DNA of 64,000 nucleotides, taken from positions 83,081,041-83,145,040 of the forward strand of contig NC_068986.1 of the NCBI RefSeq assembly GCF_001194135.2, written 5' to 3'. The notes under the pieces were generated by a model. It was not told the DNA's origin, did not search any database, and was given only the letters and a program-made list of their open reading frames with translations. The stretch is from Octopus bimaculoides. Its lineage: Eukaryota. Numbering within the stretch: position 1 is the first letter of the stretch; every line of letters starts with the position of its first letter. The position numbers and the translations under genes were made by a program. Below, piece by piece: positions 39,517 through 52,155 of the stretch.

Positions 39517-39671
39517 CTTATCAAAACAATTAAAACCTCCATGAAGAGTGTTTGGATCACTATTAACATCTAGTTTATATGTGGTTCCATCAATTGTAAA
39601 CTGCCCATTTGCAATTCTGTTAGTCACTCTGCCAATTATACCACCAATGTACAAATCCTGATCTTCATATC
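39517..39671 (-). CDS. GALM: GALM exon
   Basis: (G)YEDQDLYIGGIIGRVTNRIANGQFTIDGTTYKLDVNSDPNTLHGGFNCFDK contains the GR.xNRI and LHGG motifs. ag/gtatgt boundaries; 155 nt, the same length as human GALM exon 2 as recalled. Confidence 0.97.
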
Positions 39672-40602
39672 CTACCATAGTAAGGAAAAAATACAAAAAA
39701 GATATGATAAAAGTTACTTATTAAATATAATTCTTTTAGTTTCAGACATCCAGTTCGACAATTTATACACATGGAAAAAAAAAATACTTGCATAAGACTA
39801 ATAATTTGTACGTATTCTCCAGAACATTCTTAACCCCTATAGATGCTTTTGATCTACCATTAGGACAAGAATGAGGGATAGATATTAAAATAGCAAGAAA
39901 TCTGAACCTAAACACAATATCAGCAAACAATTTATTTGCTGAAAGTATAAACAAAGCCAGCAGATGTATTTAGGCTCAGAGTTCTGGCTACTTCTGGCTG
40001 ACAAGACACATGTCAAAACACCAGTAACCCCGAATGCAATGCCACGTCCCAATGAGTGAAGTGTGTTGAACACATTGTCATCATAAAAAGAAGTTATTCT
40101 CCTATGACGTACACTATAGTGACCAGCATATTTTGCATTGGAAAGAATAATTATGGAAATAATGTTATCTAGGAAATGGAAAATTTTTATAAAAAACCTC
40201 TATGTGTGCATGCATGTGTGCATGCATGTGTGTGTGTACATGCATACATGTGTATTTTTGCATGGTGACATTGAAATTTGTGTCTGAGCTTGAAGTAAAG
40301 CATTTGGAGTAGGGAAACTTAAAAATGACATTTTCATTGATTTGGGTGTATTCCTTTTATTTGAGAAGTTTTGGACATAGTCCTTTCATAAAAAAAAACA
40401 AAAGCAAACTAAAGGCTAAATTACTTAACTATGAAGATTTAGATAGTGGCATTCATGTCATACAAATATACACTGTTACTATTAATCTAATGATATACAG
40501 ATGTCTCAGCGTGAAACATTTTTCATCTGACAAATTGAAGCAATTATGAAATCATATCATAACACAGACACAGAGGCACATATGCCCACATACACATATT
40601 GC

Positions 40603-40657
<55 letters not shown>

Positions 40658-40700
40658 TATAGATATCAAGATATTTGCACATGCAAACTTACATTCAAGC

Positions 40701-40764
<64 letters not shown>

Positions 40765-41009
40765 ACGACTGAGGAACTCTCCACAAGGTTGCATAAGCCA
40801 GTAGTTAAATAACCCTCAAATAAGCTTTCAAAAATAGTAAACTATAGTGGGTTCTATCACCCTTGATCTGCAAAATGACAAAACTCTGAATACCAATCCA
40901 CTCAATCAGGGCTGGCCTGGGATTAAGTAACAATAACAGACCAATGACACATATGTATATAGCAAAGAGAGAACATTACTAGCTGTTGGATAGAGACAAG
41001 GGTTAGGTG

Positions 41010-41500
41010 AAATAAAGGAATGCAAGGCGTTTATTGATGCATGTGGGCAAGAAAAAAACCCATTGTATAAATTTGGTTTCTCTGTATATGTTTACAGGTG
41101 AATAATGAGTCATGATTTAGAATGACTCTACACAGAGTTGATTGTAGAAATATTCTTGTGAACTAAAATGTCTAGCTACAGGTTTGTAGATTGTTTGGAT
41201 ATTATTCCAAACATCATGAAACTGCTTGCAGAAGTGGTCAGCAAGATGATATTGGTGTGTAGGTGTAACCGGATGCACATGGTGATCATATCTGATGTCA
41301 GAAATAACATCCAAACAATCAACAAACCAGTATCTTGCGATTTCAATTCACCAGCCTATTCTTTCAATCAATTCTTTCTGTGTGGAGTCATCCTACATTA
41401 CAGCTCAACACTCACCCTTAACCACAGAAAAAGCTCAAACTTTACACTAGATTTTTTCTTGTACACATTCTTTTACCCCCATATAATTCATACTTTCAAT
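41010..41500. mobile_element. Two old PLE GIY-YIG 3' fragments in divergent (inverted) orientation
   Basis: Minus strand (41290 to 41010): HLADHFCKQFHDVWNNIQTIYKPVARHFSS...CINKRLAF. Plus strand (41290 to 41500): DVRNNIQTINKPVSCDFNSPAYS..FFLCGV. Both resemble the PLE RLADRFREH...KPVARHFN.P.HS...GINERF motif. Confidence 0.65.
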
Positions 41501-43106
41501 AACAGCAGTCAAGGCTCCTTTATGCCAGGTGTTGAGAGGCTAAATTATGGACAAGTACAGGTGTCTTGCTATAGAGGGGATACATGGCTACCCTGCATTA
41601 TATAAAGGTATAAGGAGAATAGCTGGAAATAAAAAGAGAGATGGTGGTTACGAGATGCCAGAAAATTCCAGGATACAAGAAGGTGAGTATAAGAAAGGAT
41701 ACAGACAGTGGTTTGGAGGAAGAAAGGGATGAGTAAAAGATAATTAGAGATGAGTGTAGTGAGTGGTGAACAAGGGTGGAGGTGCAAGGGTAAAGTGAGA
41801 GAGAGAGAGATGTGGCTCAGGAAGGAGAATAGATTGGTAGGTAGGGGGAGGATGTGCAAGGTGTTGGAGCAGTGGGAAGACAATGTAGAGTGTGCTATAG
41901 TAGGTGGGATGTGTTGGTAGATATGAGAGCATGTTGAGAATGATAGCAGATATGAGAGGTGCTAAGATGAGGAATGGTAGGAGAGAGTGTGATGGCTGAA
42001 GGCATAGAATGATGATCAATGGAATTAGTGTGAGAAGGGATAACATTAAGAAAACCCATTTTCTCCCATGTATTCTCCATGTTTAACAGTCTTTCATAGT
42101 AGAACTTCTATGTATTTTGCCTTTCAGAAACACTGAGTGCAAGTTTACCATTAGCTATCCACATATATTTCTCACCCACAATACATTGATTTTCTCTGTG
42201 GAAAATTTCCTTTCTGTTTCTATTTTTGCTATGTAAGCCTGTCACCTAGCTTTTTTTCTAGTTATCTGGTATATTTATCTGCAACCCCCATTCTTCTAAT
42301 CCTTCCAGGTCTGTCTCTTCACTTTGATAACACTGTCTGCTTCACTGTTCCACCACAGATTTGGTCTGTAACTCTCAGTAGGTTGTCCTATAGGAACTCT
42401 TTTTCATAAAAAAGTTCAACTAGAATGTCTTCTAAATATCTGTTTGCTGGGTTTTTGTATTTTCATATACTTCTTTTCCAGACTGGTTTGTTTCTCTGAC
42501 TCCATCTAGTGCTAAGTCTGACATCACTAACCACTAAGTTATGTTGGGTTGTACATGCTTGTAACCTCCAGTGCTGCCCAACATGTCTGTTAAAGCTAAA
42601 AATAATCAAGTCTGTCATTTGTTACTGAGGTAGTCTGCAAAAGGTCCTCGTAAAATTAAGCTTTATGATCTACTAGCTGCTCCTTTCTTTCATTGTACCC
42701 CAACAGCGATTGTGGCAGCCCTAAAGTTGCGAACTTAGAAGGAAGAGTGGGAAGACGGTTGGGGGTACTGTTGTCATCACCCAAAAAGATGCTAGCAGAG
42801 AGCTTTTGTACAAGGCTAATTTACTCAATGAATTACAGTTTTATCAATCCTGCAAACTGTCTAAGGCAAGTGCCAGCAAGGAGAGCAGGGAAAAGAAGGC
42901 CAAGTTTCAGGCGAGTCAAAAAAGAGAAGATGGGGTACATAACAAAGATTAAGATCTATAAATGTAACCAAACATACATATGTATACATTCTGCATATAC
43001 AAATACATACATGTACATATATATAACTCACATGCCTCCATGTGCATATAAGCATGTGGAGGCTAAAGGGAATACACCCAAATATCATATTTATACATAA
43101 AGAAGG

Positions 43107-43156
<50 letters not shown>

Positions 43157-44376
43157 TCCTTGCTTCTACCTTGTTCTCCACCTCCAGTCATGTGATATTA
43201 GTCAATAATTTCTCTTCTACCCACAACTATATATATAAATGTATTTAGTTCTGTTGTTTGTTGCTATTTAGCTCCAGATCAGCCTCACAACTCAGTGGAC
43301 TTGAAGTCATTTGGGCCATGACAGTCTATTACTTTGTATCTCAGATTTCCCATTCTGAATATTTCCTCCCAATTTTGAGATTTAGGGGTGTGATTTGAGT
43401 GCTATTTGGCTACTGTTTCTGGCTTGTCATGTGACCTCAGAGACTCTCTTAGATGTAGCAACAAATGCGTGGGTTTGTATGTCTGTACTTGTATATGTGC
43501 ATATATGTATGTGTTTGTGTGTATGTGTGTGTGTGTGCATATGTGTATGTGTCTATAAGTATACGCATATGAAAAAGTGAGGATCAAAATATAGATTTGT
43601 AAGTTAATTTGAAACATGTTCCTGTACACTCCTAAATAGAATGGCAGCGCTGTAGGATTTTGTCTCAAAGAATAATTTTCCTAAGAGACTTTGTGTATTA
43701 AAAGCACATGTGTTTTAAACAGTGAGTGCTGTTCCACAATCAAGTATACAGAAATGGGTTACAGTCAAATCTAGCTGTAGTTAAGAAGCTTGTTTCTCAC
43801 TCATGTGGTTCTGAGTTCAATCCCACTCCTTTGCACTGTATGCGAGTGTCTTCAGCTACAACCTTAGGTTTGTCAGTTTTGATAGATGGAAATTGAAAGA
43901 AGCCTGTTGTATATTTGTGTACCTTATTTATATATATATGAATGTATGTGTGTGTGTGTGTGTGTGTGTNNNNNNNNNNNNNNNNNNNNNNNNNNNNNNN
44001 NNNNNNNNNNNNNNNNNNNNNNNNNNNNNNNNNNNNNNNNNNNNNNNNNNNNNNNNNNNNNNNNNNNNNNNNNNNNNNNNNNNNNNNNNNNNNNNNNNNN
44101 NNNNNNNNNNNNNNNNNNNNNNNNNNNNNNNNNNNNNNNNNNNNNNNNNNNNNNNNNNNNNNNNNNNNNNNNNNNNNNNNNNNNNNNNNNNNNNNNNNNN
44201 NNNNNNNNNNNNNNNNNNNNNNNNNNNNNNNNGTCTTGACATCATGTGATGCTTGTATGCCCAATCATACATGCAGTGTTGCTCTTTTCCAGTCTTCCAT
44301 GAAAAACATATCTGGTCACAGAAAAATGTCTACCTCAACAAACTCTGTGGATGTAAAATGATGATGACGAGGGGGA

Positions 44377-44486
<110 letters not shown>

Positions 44487-44707
44487 CACACACACTAATG
44501 ATGATGATCACACACACACAGAATGGGGCTCCAAGAATATTGGTATACAAATTCACTCACAAGGTTTTTGGTTAGTCTAGGGTTATAGTAGAAGATACCT
44601 GCTCAAGGGATTAAATCTGAAAAATATTTCTTTTTTCGTTTTGTGTATATATGTCTGTAAGTGTATGTACATGTGTATGTGTGTGTGTTTGTAATAATGC
44701 ATGCATA

Positions 44708-45354
44708 CATTTTCTCGGACAAGTCATCCTTTACCTTATTTCTGACCACCAGCTGAGTATACATGTGGAGACAGTCATAAGAAGCATTTGACCCAGACTG
44801 CCTTCTTCCAACTGTTAAACATGGAGAAGAATCTGTGATGATCGGTGGGTGGGGGGGCATTTCTTGGAAATCCACCAGCCCAATGGTTTCCCTTCATGGC
44901 AGAATTAATAGTCAAGACTATTTAAGCATTTTATCTGATTAAATTCATCCTATGGTTGCAGAACTGTTTCTGGAGGGAAACACACTCTTTCAGGATGATA
45001 ATGCACCAATTCACACAGCTAAAGTCGTCACTGAATGGCACGAGGACATTCTAGTGAAGTTGAACATCTTATCTGACCACCACAGTCCCCAGATCTCAAT
45101 ATTATTGAATATTTATGGTGCATTTTAAAAAAAACAAGTAAGGAGTCGATATCATCCACCATCATCACTACAAGAACTGGAGACTGTTTTAGCTGAAGAA
45201 TGGACAAAAATTCCTTTTGAAACAATTCAAACTTTGTATGAGTCCATACCTCATAGAATTCAAGCTGTAATTACTGCCAAAAGTGGTCCTACCCCACATA
45301 AAAATAAATTTGTCTGAAATTTTAAGGTGTTGCCATTATTTTGTCCAACTCCTA
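44708..45354 (+). mobile_element. 5'-truncated Tc1 copy of the same family as 25717-26790, opposite orientation
   Basis: FSDKSSFTLF...EAFDPDCLLPTVKHG...QDDNAPIHTA...PQSPDLNIIEYLW. The 3' TIR ggtgttgccattattttgtccaactcc is followed by TA. About 90% identical by eye to the reverse complement of 25717-26290. Confidence 0.92.
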
Positions 45355-45602
45355 TATACATATATATATATATATATAATGCAAGAGAGTTAGGGTTGAG
45401 GATTCAACCCACTAGCCAATATACTGCTGGGAGGGTACCCAATTATTGTTACACTAGTGTTATACCAAGTGTAATAAGTGGGTGCAAGCATTTGTATATT
45501 GTGGTTTTTGTCATTTTAGTTACAAAATAAGTTAAATAATTCAATGGAATACACTGTCTGCAAGTCAATGGGTACTGCATATTCTCCTCCATTTTCTAAT
45601 TG

Positions 45603-45635
<33 letters not shown>

Positions 45636-45723
45636 CTTATATGAGTAAATGTAATGAGAAGCACGTTAGGCAAGTCAATTTTCACAGAATATTAAATATA
45701 TTTAATAGAAAAAAATGCACATA

Positions 45724-46106
45724 GGTGCAGGAGTGGCTGTGTGGTAACTTGCTTACCAACCACATGGCTCTGGGTCCAGTCCTACTGCATGGCACCTAGG
45801 GCAAGTGTCTTCTGCTATAGCTTCGGGCCAACCAAAGCCTTGGCAGACGCAAACTGAAAGAAGCCCATCGTATGTATGTATATATATATATACATATCTA
45901 TATGCTTGTGTGTCTGTGTTTGTCCCCCCACCATCGCTTGACAACAGATGCTGGTGTGTTTACGTCCCTGTAACTTTGTAGTTCAGCAAAAGAGACTGAT
46001 AGAATAAGTACTAGGCTTACAAATAATAAGTTCTGGAGTCGATTTGTTCAACTAAAGGTGGTGCTCAAGCATGGCTGGAGTCAAATGACTGCAACATATA
46101 AAAGAG
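45724..46106 (+). mobile_element. Full-length tRNA/CORE-type SINE, with a small internal deletion
   Basis: Same head, core and tail consensus as the other copies. Confidence 0.9.
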
Positions 46107-46122
46107 ATGTGTATGGATATAA

Positions 46123-46514
46123 AATAGTCTGACTTACAGAATACAAATGATATTAGGAGTTAAATGGGTAGAGTTTTATGAGTCCAACAGCTGTTTCTGA
46201 GGGCTTGGTGGTCTGGAATAATGATAGTTACTTGGATCCATTATCGGATAACACAGTCTCCATCTTCAGGGGAGAAATTTACACTGGGGAATTTTATATT
46301 TGAGGTGTTGACAGGATGGAGTTTGAAGATTTCCATCCTGTCAGCACCTCAAATGTAAAATTCTTCCCTGAAGACGGAGGTAATGTTATCCGATAATGGA
46401 TCCAAGTAACTATTGTTATTTCAGACCACCAAGACCCCAGAAACAACTGTTGGACTCATAAAACTCTACCCATTTAACTCCTAATATCATTTGTATTCTG
46501 TAAGTTGGACTATT
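46123..46514. repeat. ~390-bp imperfect palindrome with a hammerhead-like motif in each arm
   Basis: Arm 46123-46320 is the reverse complement of 46332-46514, with an 11-nt loop and a ~16-nt insertion in the left arm. Each arm reads CTGAAGA...GAAA-CA(G/A)CTG-TT-ggac outward from the centre. Confidence 0.93.
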
Positions 46515-46684
46515 CTGTAAGTTGGACATGTACATTTTGTCTATTAAATGCATTTGATATTCTGCGTAAATCGACTTGTCTAACTTGCTTCTTATTACAT
46601 TTACTCATCTACTGGCTCAAGTTCAAATCTCTTGAGCAATTCGAAGTGTATTCTACATATAGAACACATGTCTCAAACCTATAA

Positions 46685-46733
<49 letters not shown>

Positions 46734-47008
46734 CCTATATATATATATAACCTATATATATATATATAATCTGCTTTATACATACACACACACACACTAT
46801 ATTATGGAGAGAGATAGACAGACAGAAAGACCAATGTCCCTATGTGTTATAAGAGACGATGAAAGAGTTGATAACAAGAAGGGCATTTGGTCATAAAACG
46901 CTCCTTCAGATAACTCATGAAACCCATGCCAGTATAGAAAAGCAAACAAAAAAATGATGATGATGTGTATGTAAATGTGTGCACATCTCACTATCATCAC
47001 CATCATGT

Positions 47009-47043
<35 letters not shown>

Positions 47044-47407
47044 TACACTAATACAGCTGTCACTCTGAAGTAAGTATGACTTCATAATAGCATGAATTAT
47101 GCTTTGCTGATTTGATTTAGGTGTCTATTTAGTTATAATTAGAAACAAACACCCTCTTTGCCTCCCAACTATTGACCCAGCAGAATCTCCAGTATGTGAC
47201 AGCCAGAGGGAGAAAGAGATGCACCAGCACTTGGCTGATATATATATTTTTTTAAACAACCTCAAAATAATGAAAGCAAAGTGAATTTCTGCAGGATTTG
47301 AACTAAGAGTGCAGAGTACTAGAACAAATATCACAACACAATTTACTTAGTGCTATATACATATGTTCTATCCAACATTTTTCCTACTTCGCATGACCAG
47401 ATATGTA

Positions 47408-48122
47408 TCAGGTCATCCCATAAGTTCTGTCCGAATTTTGAATAAAGAAAACAAGTGATCAAATGTTATATTTAATCGAAATTTAATCATCAATATACTT
47501 TCACTGATTATCTATGACTGCCTTCCATCTATTTACAAGCTTTTTAATCCCATCAATGTAAAACTCTTTTAGTTTCAAAGCGAAGAACACTGAAATGTCA
47601 GTTTTGGCCTCCTCCTGGCTTGCGAAAGTTATGTCCCCCAAATGATTCTGTAAACCACGAAACAAATGATAGTCTGAAGGAGCAAGGTTGGGAGAATAAG
47701 GTGGATGAGGAATTTTTTCCCAACCAAGCTCTTCGATCTTCTGTGATATGATCTTTGCAGTGTGGGGTCGTGCATTGTCTTGATGAAACATCACTCCTTT
47801 TCAATTCACTAAAGCAGGTCCTTTTTCATTCAAAGCTTGGTTCAAACACTCTAATTGATGACAGTATCAATGCTCAAGTATTGATTGTTGCATTAGGTGG
47901 TAACAGTTCAAAGTGAATTACTCCTTTGCAATCCCACCAGAAAGAGAGAAGAACCTTTTTCCCATGAAGTTCCCTTCTCGGTTGAGGTTGAGCTTTTCCC
48001 CTTTTACCAAGCCACTGTTTACAATGTTTAACATTTCGATAGAAGATCCACTTTTCTTCACCAGTCACAAGTCTATCCAAAAAAGATGAAATGAGTTTGC
48101 GAGAATGGAGAGAAGAACAGAT
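47408..48122 (-). mobile_element. Mariner (DD34D) transposon, 3' half; the remainder lies in a gap
   Basis: FLDRLVTGEEKWIFY...LHGKKVLLSFWWDCKGVIHFELL and FHQDNARPHTA...HPPYSPNLAPSDYHLFRGLQN. TA followed by TIR tcaggtcatcccataagttctgtccg at 47408, similar to the TIR of the 8.85-10.1 kb element. Confidence 0.93.
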
Positions 48123-49505
48123 NNNNNNNNNNNNNNNNNNNNNNNNNNNNNNNNNNNNNNNNNNNNNNNNNNNNNNNNNNNNNNNNNNNNNNNNNNNNNN
48201 NNNNNNNNNNNNNNNNNNNNNNNNNNNNNNNNNNNNNNNNNNNNNNNNNNNNNNNNNNNNNNNNNNNNNNNNNNNNNNNNNNNNNNNNNNNNNNNNNNNN
48301 NNNNNNNNNNNNNNNNNNNNNNNNNNNNNNNNNNNNNNNNNNNNNNNNNNNNNNNNNNNNNNNNNNNNNNNNNNNNNNNNNNNNNNNNNNNNNNNNNNNN
48401 NNNNNNNNNNNNNNNNNNNNNNNNNNNNNNNNNNNNNNNNNNNNNNNNNNNNNNNNNNNNNNNNNNNNNNNNNNNNNNNNNNNNNNNNNNNNNNNNNNNN
48501 NNNNNNNNNNNNNNNNNNNNNNNNNNNNNNNNNNNNNNNNNNNNNNNNNNNNNNNNNNNNNNNNNNNNNNNNNNNNNNNNNNNNNNNNNNNNNNNNNNNN
48601 NNNNNNNNNNNNNNNNNNNNNNNNNNNNNNNNNNNNNNNNNNNNNNNNNNNNNNNNNNNNNNNNNNNNNNNNNNNNNNNNNNNNNNNNNNNNNNNNNNNN
48701 NNNNNNNNNNNNNNNNNNNNNNNNNNNNNNNNNNNNNNNNNNNNNNNNNNNNNNNNNNNNNNNNNNNNNNNNNNNNNNNNNNNGTCACCAGTTACTTGTT
48801 GCATGAGCTGAGCTGGTCAATGAAGATATACATTGTTGGCTGCATGAATAATAACTGAAGCCAGCCTGAAAACATTTAACTGAGTATTTATTGCCAGACA
48901 CAAAAGACATTATTGGCTACTTACAATGAACAACATAAATATTTGTTGACTGGGAGACAGACTGGTCTGAAATTATAGAAAGCTATCTGTATGACAACAT
49001 GTGGTTGCCCCAAAATATACAAAATCAACAGTACAAATCCCTGTAGTGACCTAGGTCCTTGGCTGTCTGTGCTCTATACTGCATATCAAACAGTTTTTAT
49101 AGGAGACTGTAAGCCAAGTTTTAAAACATTTGAGAAAACCATGTCATTCCACAGCCTCATGCTAACTGGTTGATTAACAGACCAATCATGTGAAACTATG
49201 GTGGTTCGCTTGTGGTGGCTGATCAATTATCTACTGGTTGAGATTTTAAATCCCTACTACTACACACACACACACAATGGGCTTCTTTCAGTTTCTATCT
49301 TCAAAATCCACTCACAAGGCTATAATAAAAGACACTTGCCCAAGGCAGTAATGCAGTGGAACTGATCTTGAACATGAAACTATGTGGCTGGGAAGCAAAC
49401 TTCTTACCACATAGCCATGCCTACACCTCACACCCATACCTGTGCCTCACAGAAATACCTACTTTTGCATGTATATAGCTGTGTATATGTGTGTGTACAT
49501 ACATG

Positions 49506-49859
49506 TGTGTCATGGGAAGAGCCATTTTAACGATGCGTCCTGCACTAACTCTTCGATGAAGGATATGTTCTCTATATGGCCTGCTTGTTTGTTGTACCTT
49601 GCTTATCATTTTGTCCATGTTCTTTTGCCATGTCATGTACCCAGATATGTATCTATATGTACATGTTGATGAAGGTATGTACATACATGGACATATATAT
49701 GCATATACTCATGTATTGTTTGTATCACACGATCGAACGCATGCGTTATCTTTACACAGTAAGTTTTGAACTATTTTTCTAACACGACTCTCTCTATCTC
49801 AAAATCTATCTCCCCCTCTCATTCTTCCATCTACTGTTCTTCACCTCTCCCTGTCACTA

Positions 49860-49907
<48 letters not shown>

Positions 49908-50512
49908 ATCTCTCTCTCTCTCTATCTCTCGTTGCTTGTCCTTCGCTTCTCACCGTCACTATTACTATCTCTCTCCCTCTCTACCTCTCGTTGCTCACTT
50001 ATATTCTACTTCCTCCCCTTCTTCTCCCTCTGCTACTCTTTCTCCCTACCCCTCGCTGGTCACGTGTGTCCGGTTGTTATTTCTTTTCAGTCTTGGACAC
50101 CCCAAGCTTTGCACGCACTTCTTCGCCTCTACAGTTCGTGCTTCACAGTGTTCTATACACACACACTTCTCCATGTCTGGCTGTACAGCCTTTTTGTCTG
50201 TTTATTTCACCGTTTCGTTTTCCTGTCTTGTTTTCCGTCCGCCACTATCCTCCACAAAAAAAATTTAATTTGTGTTCGTGGGAAGAGCCATCTTAACAAT
50301 GCATCCTGCCCTAACTCTTCGAAACGCCGGTGTTTTAATGGTGGCAGCTGATGCAGGATATGTTCTCTATGTGGCCTGCTTGTTTGTTGTACCTTGTTTA
50401 TCATTTTGTCCATGTTCTTTTGCAATGTCATGTACCCAGATATGTATCTATATGTATATGTAGATGAAGGTATGTACATACATGTACATATATATGCATA
50501 TACTCGTATATT
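49506..50512. repeat. Direct repeat pair (about 49506-49717 and 50271-50512) around a TC-rich spacer
   Basis: gggaagagccat..ttaac..atgc.tcctgc.ctaactcttcga...ggatatgttctctat.tggcctgcttgtttgttgtacc...gcatatactc occurs twice; the left copy lacks about 29 nt. Confidence 0.88.
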
Positions 50513-50653
50513 NNNNNNNNNNNNNNNNNNNNNNNNNNATATATATATATATATATAATCTTTATTTATTTTATCTTTTACTTGTTTCTGTCATAACACT
50601 GTATCCATACTGGGATACCACCTTCAATAATTTTAGTCAAATGAATCAAGGTA

Positions 50654-50929
50654 ATTTTACAGCTGTTTCAGGGATATAAAAGATATCCCATCATCAGAGA
50701 CGATATGACAGAGTTAAATAGAAGGAAATAGTAGAGTTCAATATAAGAAGTTATTTTGGAAAGGGAGATATACTGGAGGTATAAAGGGAAATATGAGAAT
50801 AAAAATATATTTTGGATGTTAAAGTTGCTTCTTATATTGAACTCTACTATTTCCTTCTAGTTAATGTCTTTTTATAAATGTTCTTAAAACTTCAGAGTGC
50901 TTTGGCTTTGCTGTCTTATTTTATTTAAC
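50654..50929 (-). mobile_element. Non-coding hammerhead-bearing PLE-related unit with an internal inversion
   Basis: 50654-50826 is the reverse complement of 53456-53627, including the hammerhead gtct-CTGATGA-tgggatat[ctttt]atatccct-GAAA-CAGCTG-TA. 50828-50929 is plus-strand and matches the middle and 3' end of the same unit, followed by (CA)n. Confidence 0.85.
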
Positions 50930-50979
50930 ACACACACACACACACACACACGTATTCACACACACACAAACACACACAA

Positions 50980-51131
50980 CAGGCTTCTTTTAGTTTCTGT
51001 GTACCAAATCATTCACAAAGCTTTGGTCCACCTGAGACTATTGTAGAAGAGATATGTCCAAGGTGCCAAGCAGTGGGACCGAACCCAGAACCATGTGGCT
51101 AGGAAGCAAACTTCTTACTATGCAGCCATGC

Positions 51132-51135
<4 letters not shown>
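50980..51135 (-). mobile_element. CORE-type SINE, 5' half
   Basis: ggcttcttttagtttctgt...caaggtgccaagcagtgggaccgaacccagaaccatgtgg...cagccatgcctgcac. Confidence 0.8.
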
Positions 51136-51170
<35 letters not shown>

Positions 51171-52108
51171 GGAATATTATGTCAGTGCTTTTGTGTTTGC
51201 ACATGCACATGTGTACATGTGTGTATAAATATATGAAGTTTATATGTCCAATCCATCATTTCAGCACTCCCTTCCACACCTCCTGTCACAAGCTACTATA
51301 CATTTCTGCCCACCCAGTCTCTCACAATTTTGTCTTTAATGTTCCTACCACTCCTTACAGAGTTTTATTTCTTGAGATTCTTTACAGCTTGCCCACTCCT
51401 TACAAATCTCATGTCTTTACTAGCTACCCCCATCATCCATATTTATAGTTTTCAGTATTTAGACATGTATTTTATAACAGTTTTAAATGTATGATTAGAA
51501 GCAGTGAACTGAAAGGAAAGAACTACAGTTGGTTCCAATTAATTACATAGTCTTAATGATTGAAATTCTAGAGTATGCAATTAATTCCATTCACACAGCA
51601 GACAATAAATTATGATATTCTTTATACATTTATCAGTTGTAACATATTGTGACTAGCTTACATATTCCTGGGGAAGGCACTGAATTGCCTCCAATGATAA
51701 GGCTTCAACTTGTAAATTCAGGTATTTTGGGGAGTATTGAATTAACCCATAGTCACCACTACTTTTAAGTCCTCTCTCGCCCAGGACCTATTAAGAGACC
51801 CACTAATCAGTCAAATAGCAGAAGATGGTCCTCTGGCTAAAGCAAACAGGACTCAGTAGAGGGTTCGTCATTAGAAATGTGTCACACAAGCGGGCCAGTG
51901 TGGCATTTCTTGATGTCACAAGAATTAGTCCTCATGTTTAGAGGTTAAATAGGTTCTGCACTTTAGTTGTAAGCAAGAGAATATTGAGTAAACTGTAAAT
52001 AAATCAGTAAAAGCCAACAGGAAATTTCTGCTATATCTTGCCTGAGAAAAATTGTGGATCTTCAAACTCTGGCATGAAGATTCATAATTGCTAATGCCTA
52101 TAGACATG

Positions 52109-52153
<45 letters not shown>

Positions 52154-52155
<2 letters not shown>

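Noticed and set aside
39672-39696. ATG-initiated ORF MYFFLTMVGYEDQ as the GALM start
   Set aside because: The upstream residues are intronic polypyrimidine/acceptor sequence. A proper upstream exon in the right phase exists at 63820-63953.
50284-50365. Possible hammerhead in the direct repeat (gaagag...ctcttc-GAAA-cgccggtg...ctgatg)
   Set aside because: There is no CUGANGA upstream of the gaagag/ctcttc stem, the triplet would be GUG (not cleavable), and the downstream ctgatg has no matching stem II partner.
51780-52110. Possible further PLE linker fragment on the minus strand (SCDIKKCHT)
   Set aside because: The similarity is too short and degenerate to support without an HMM search.
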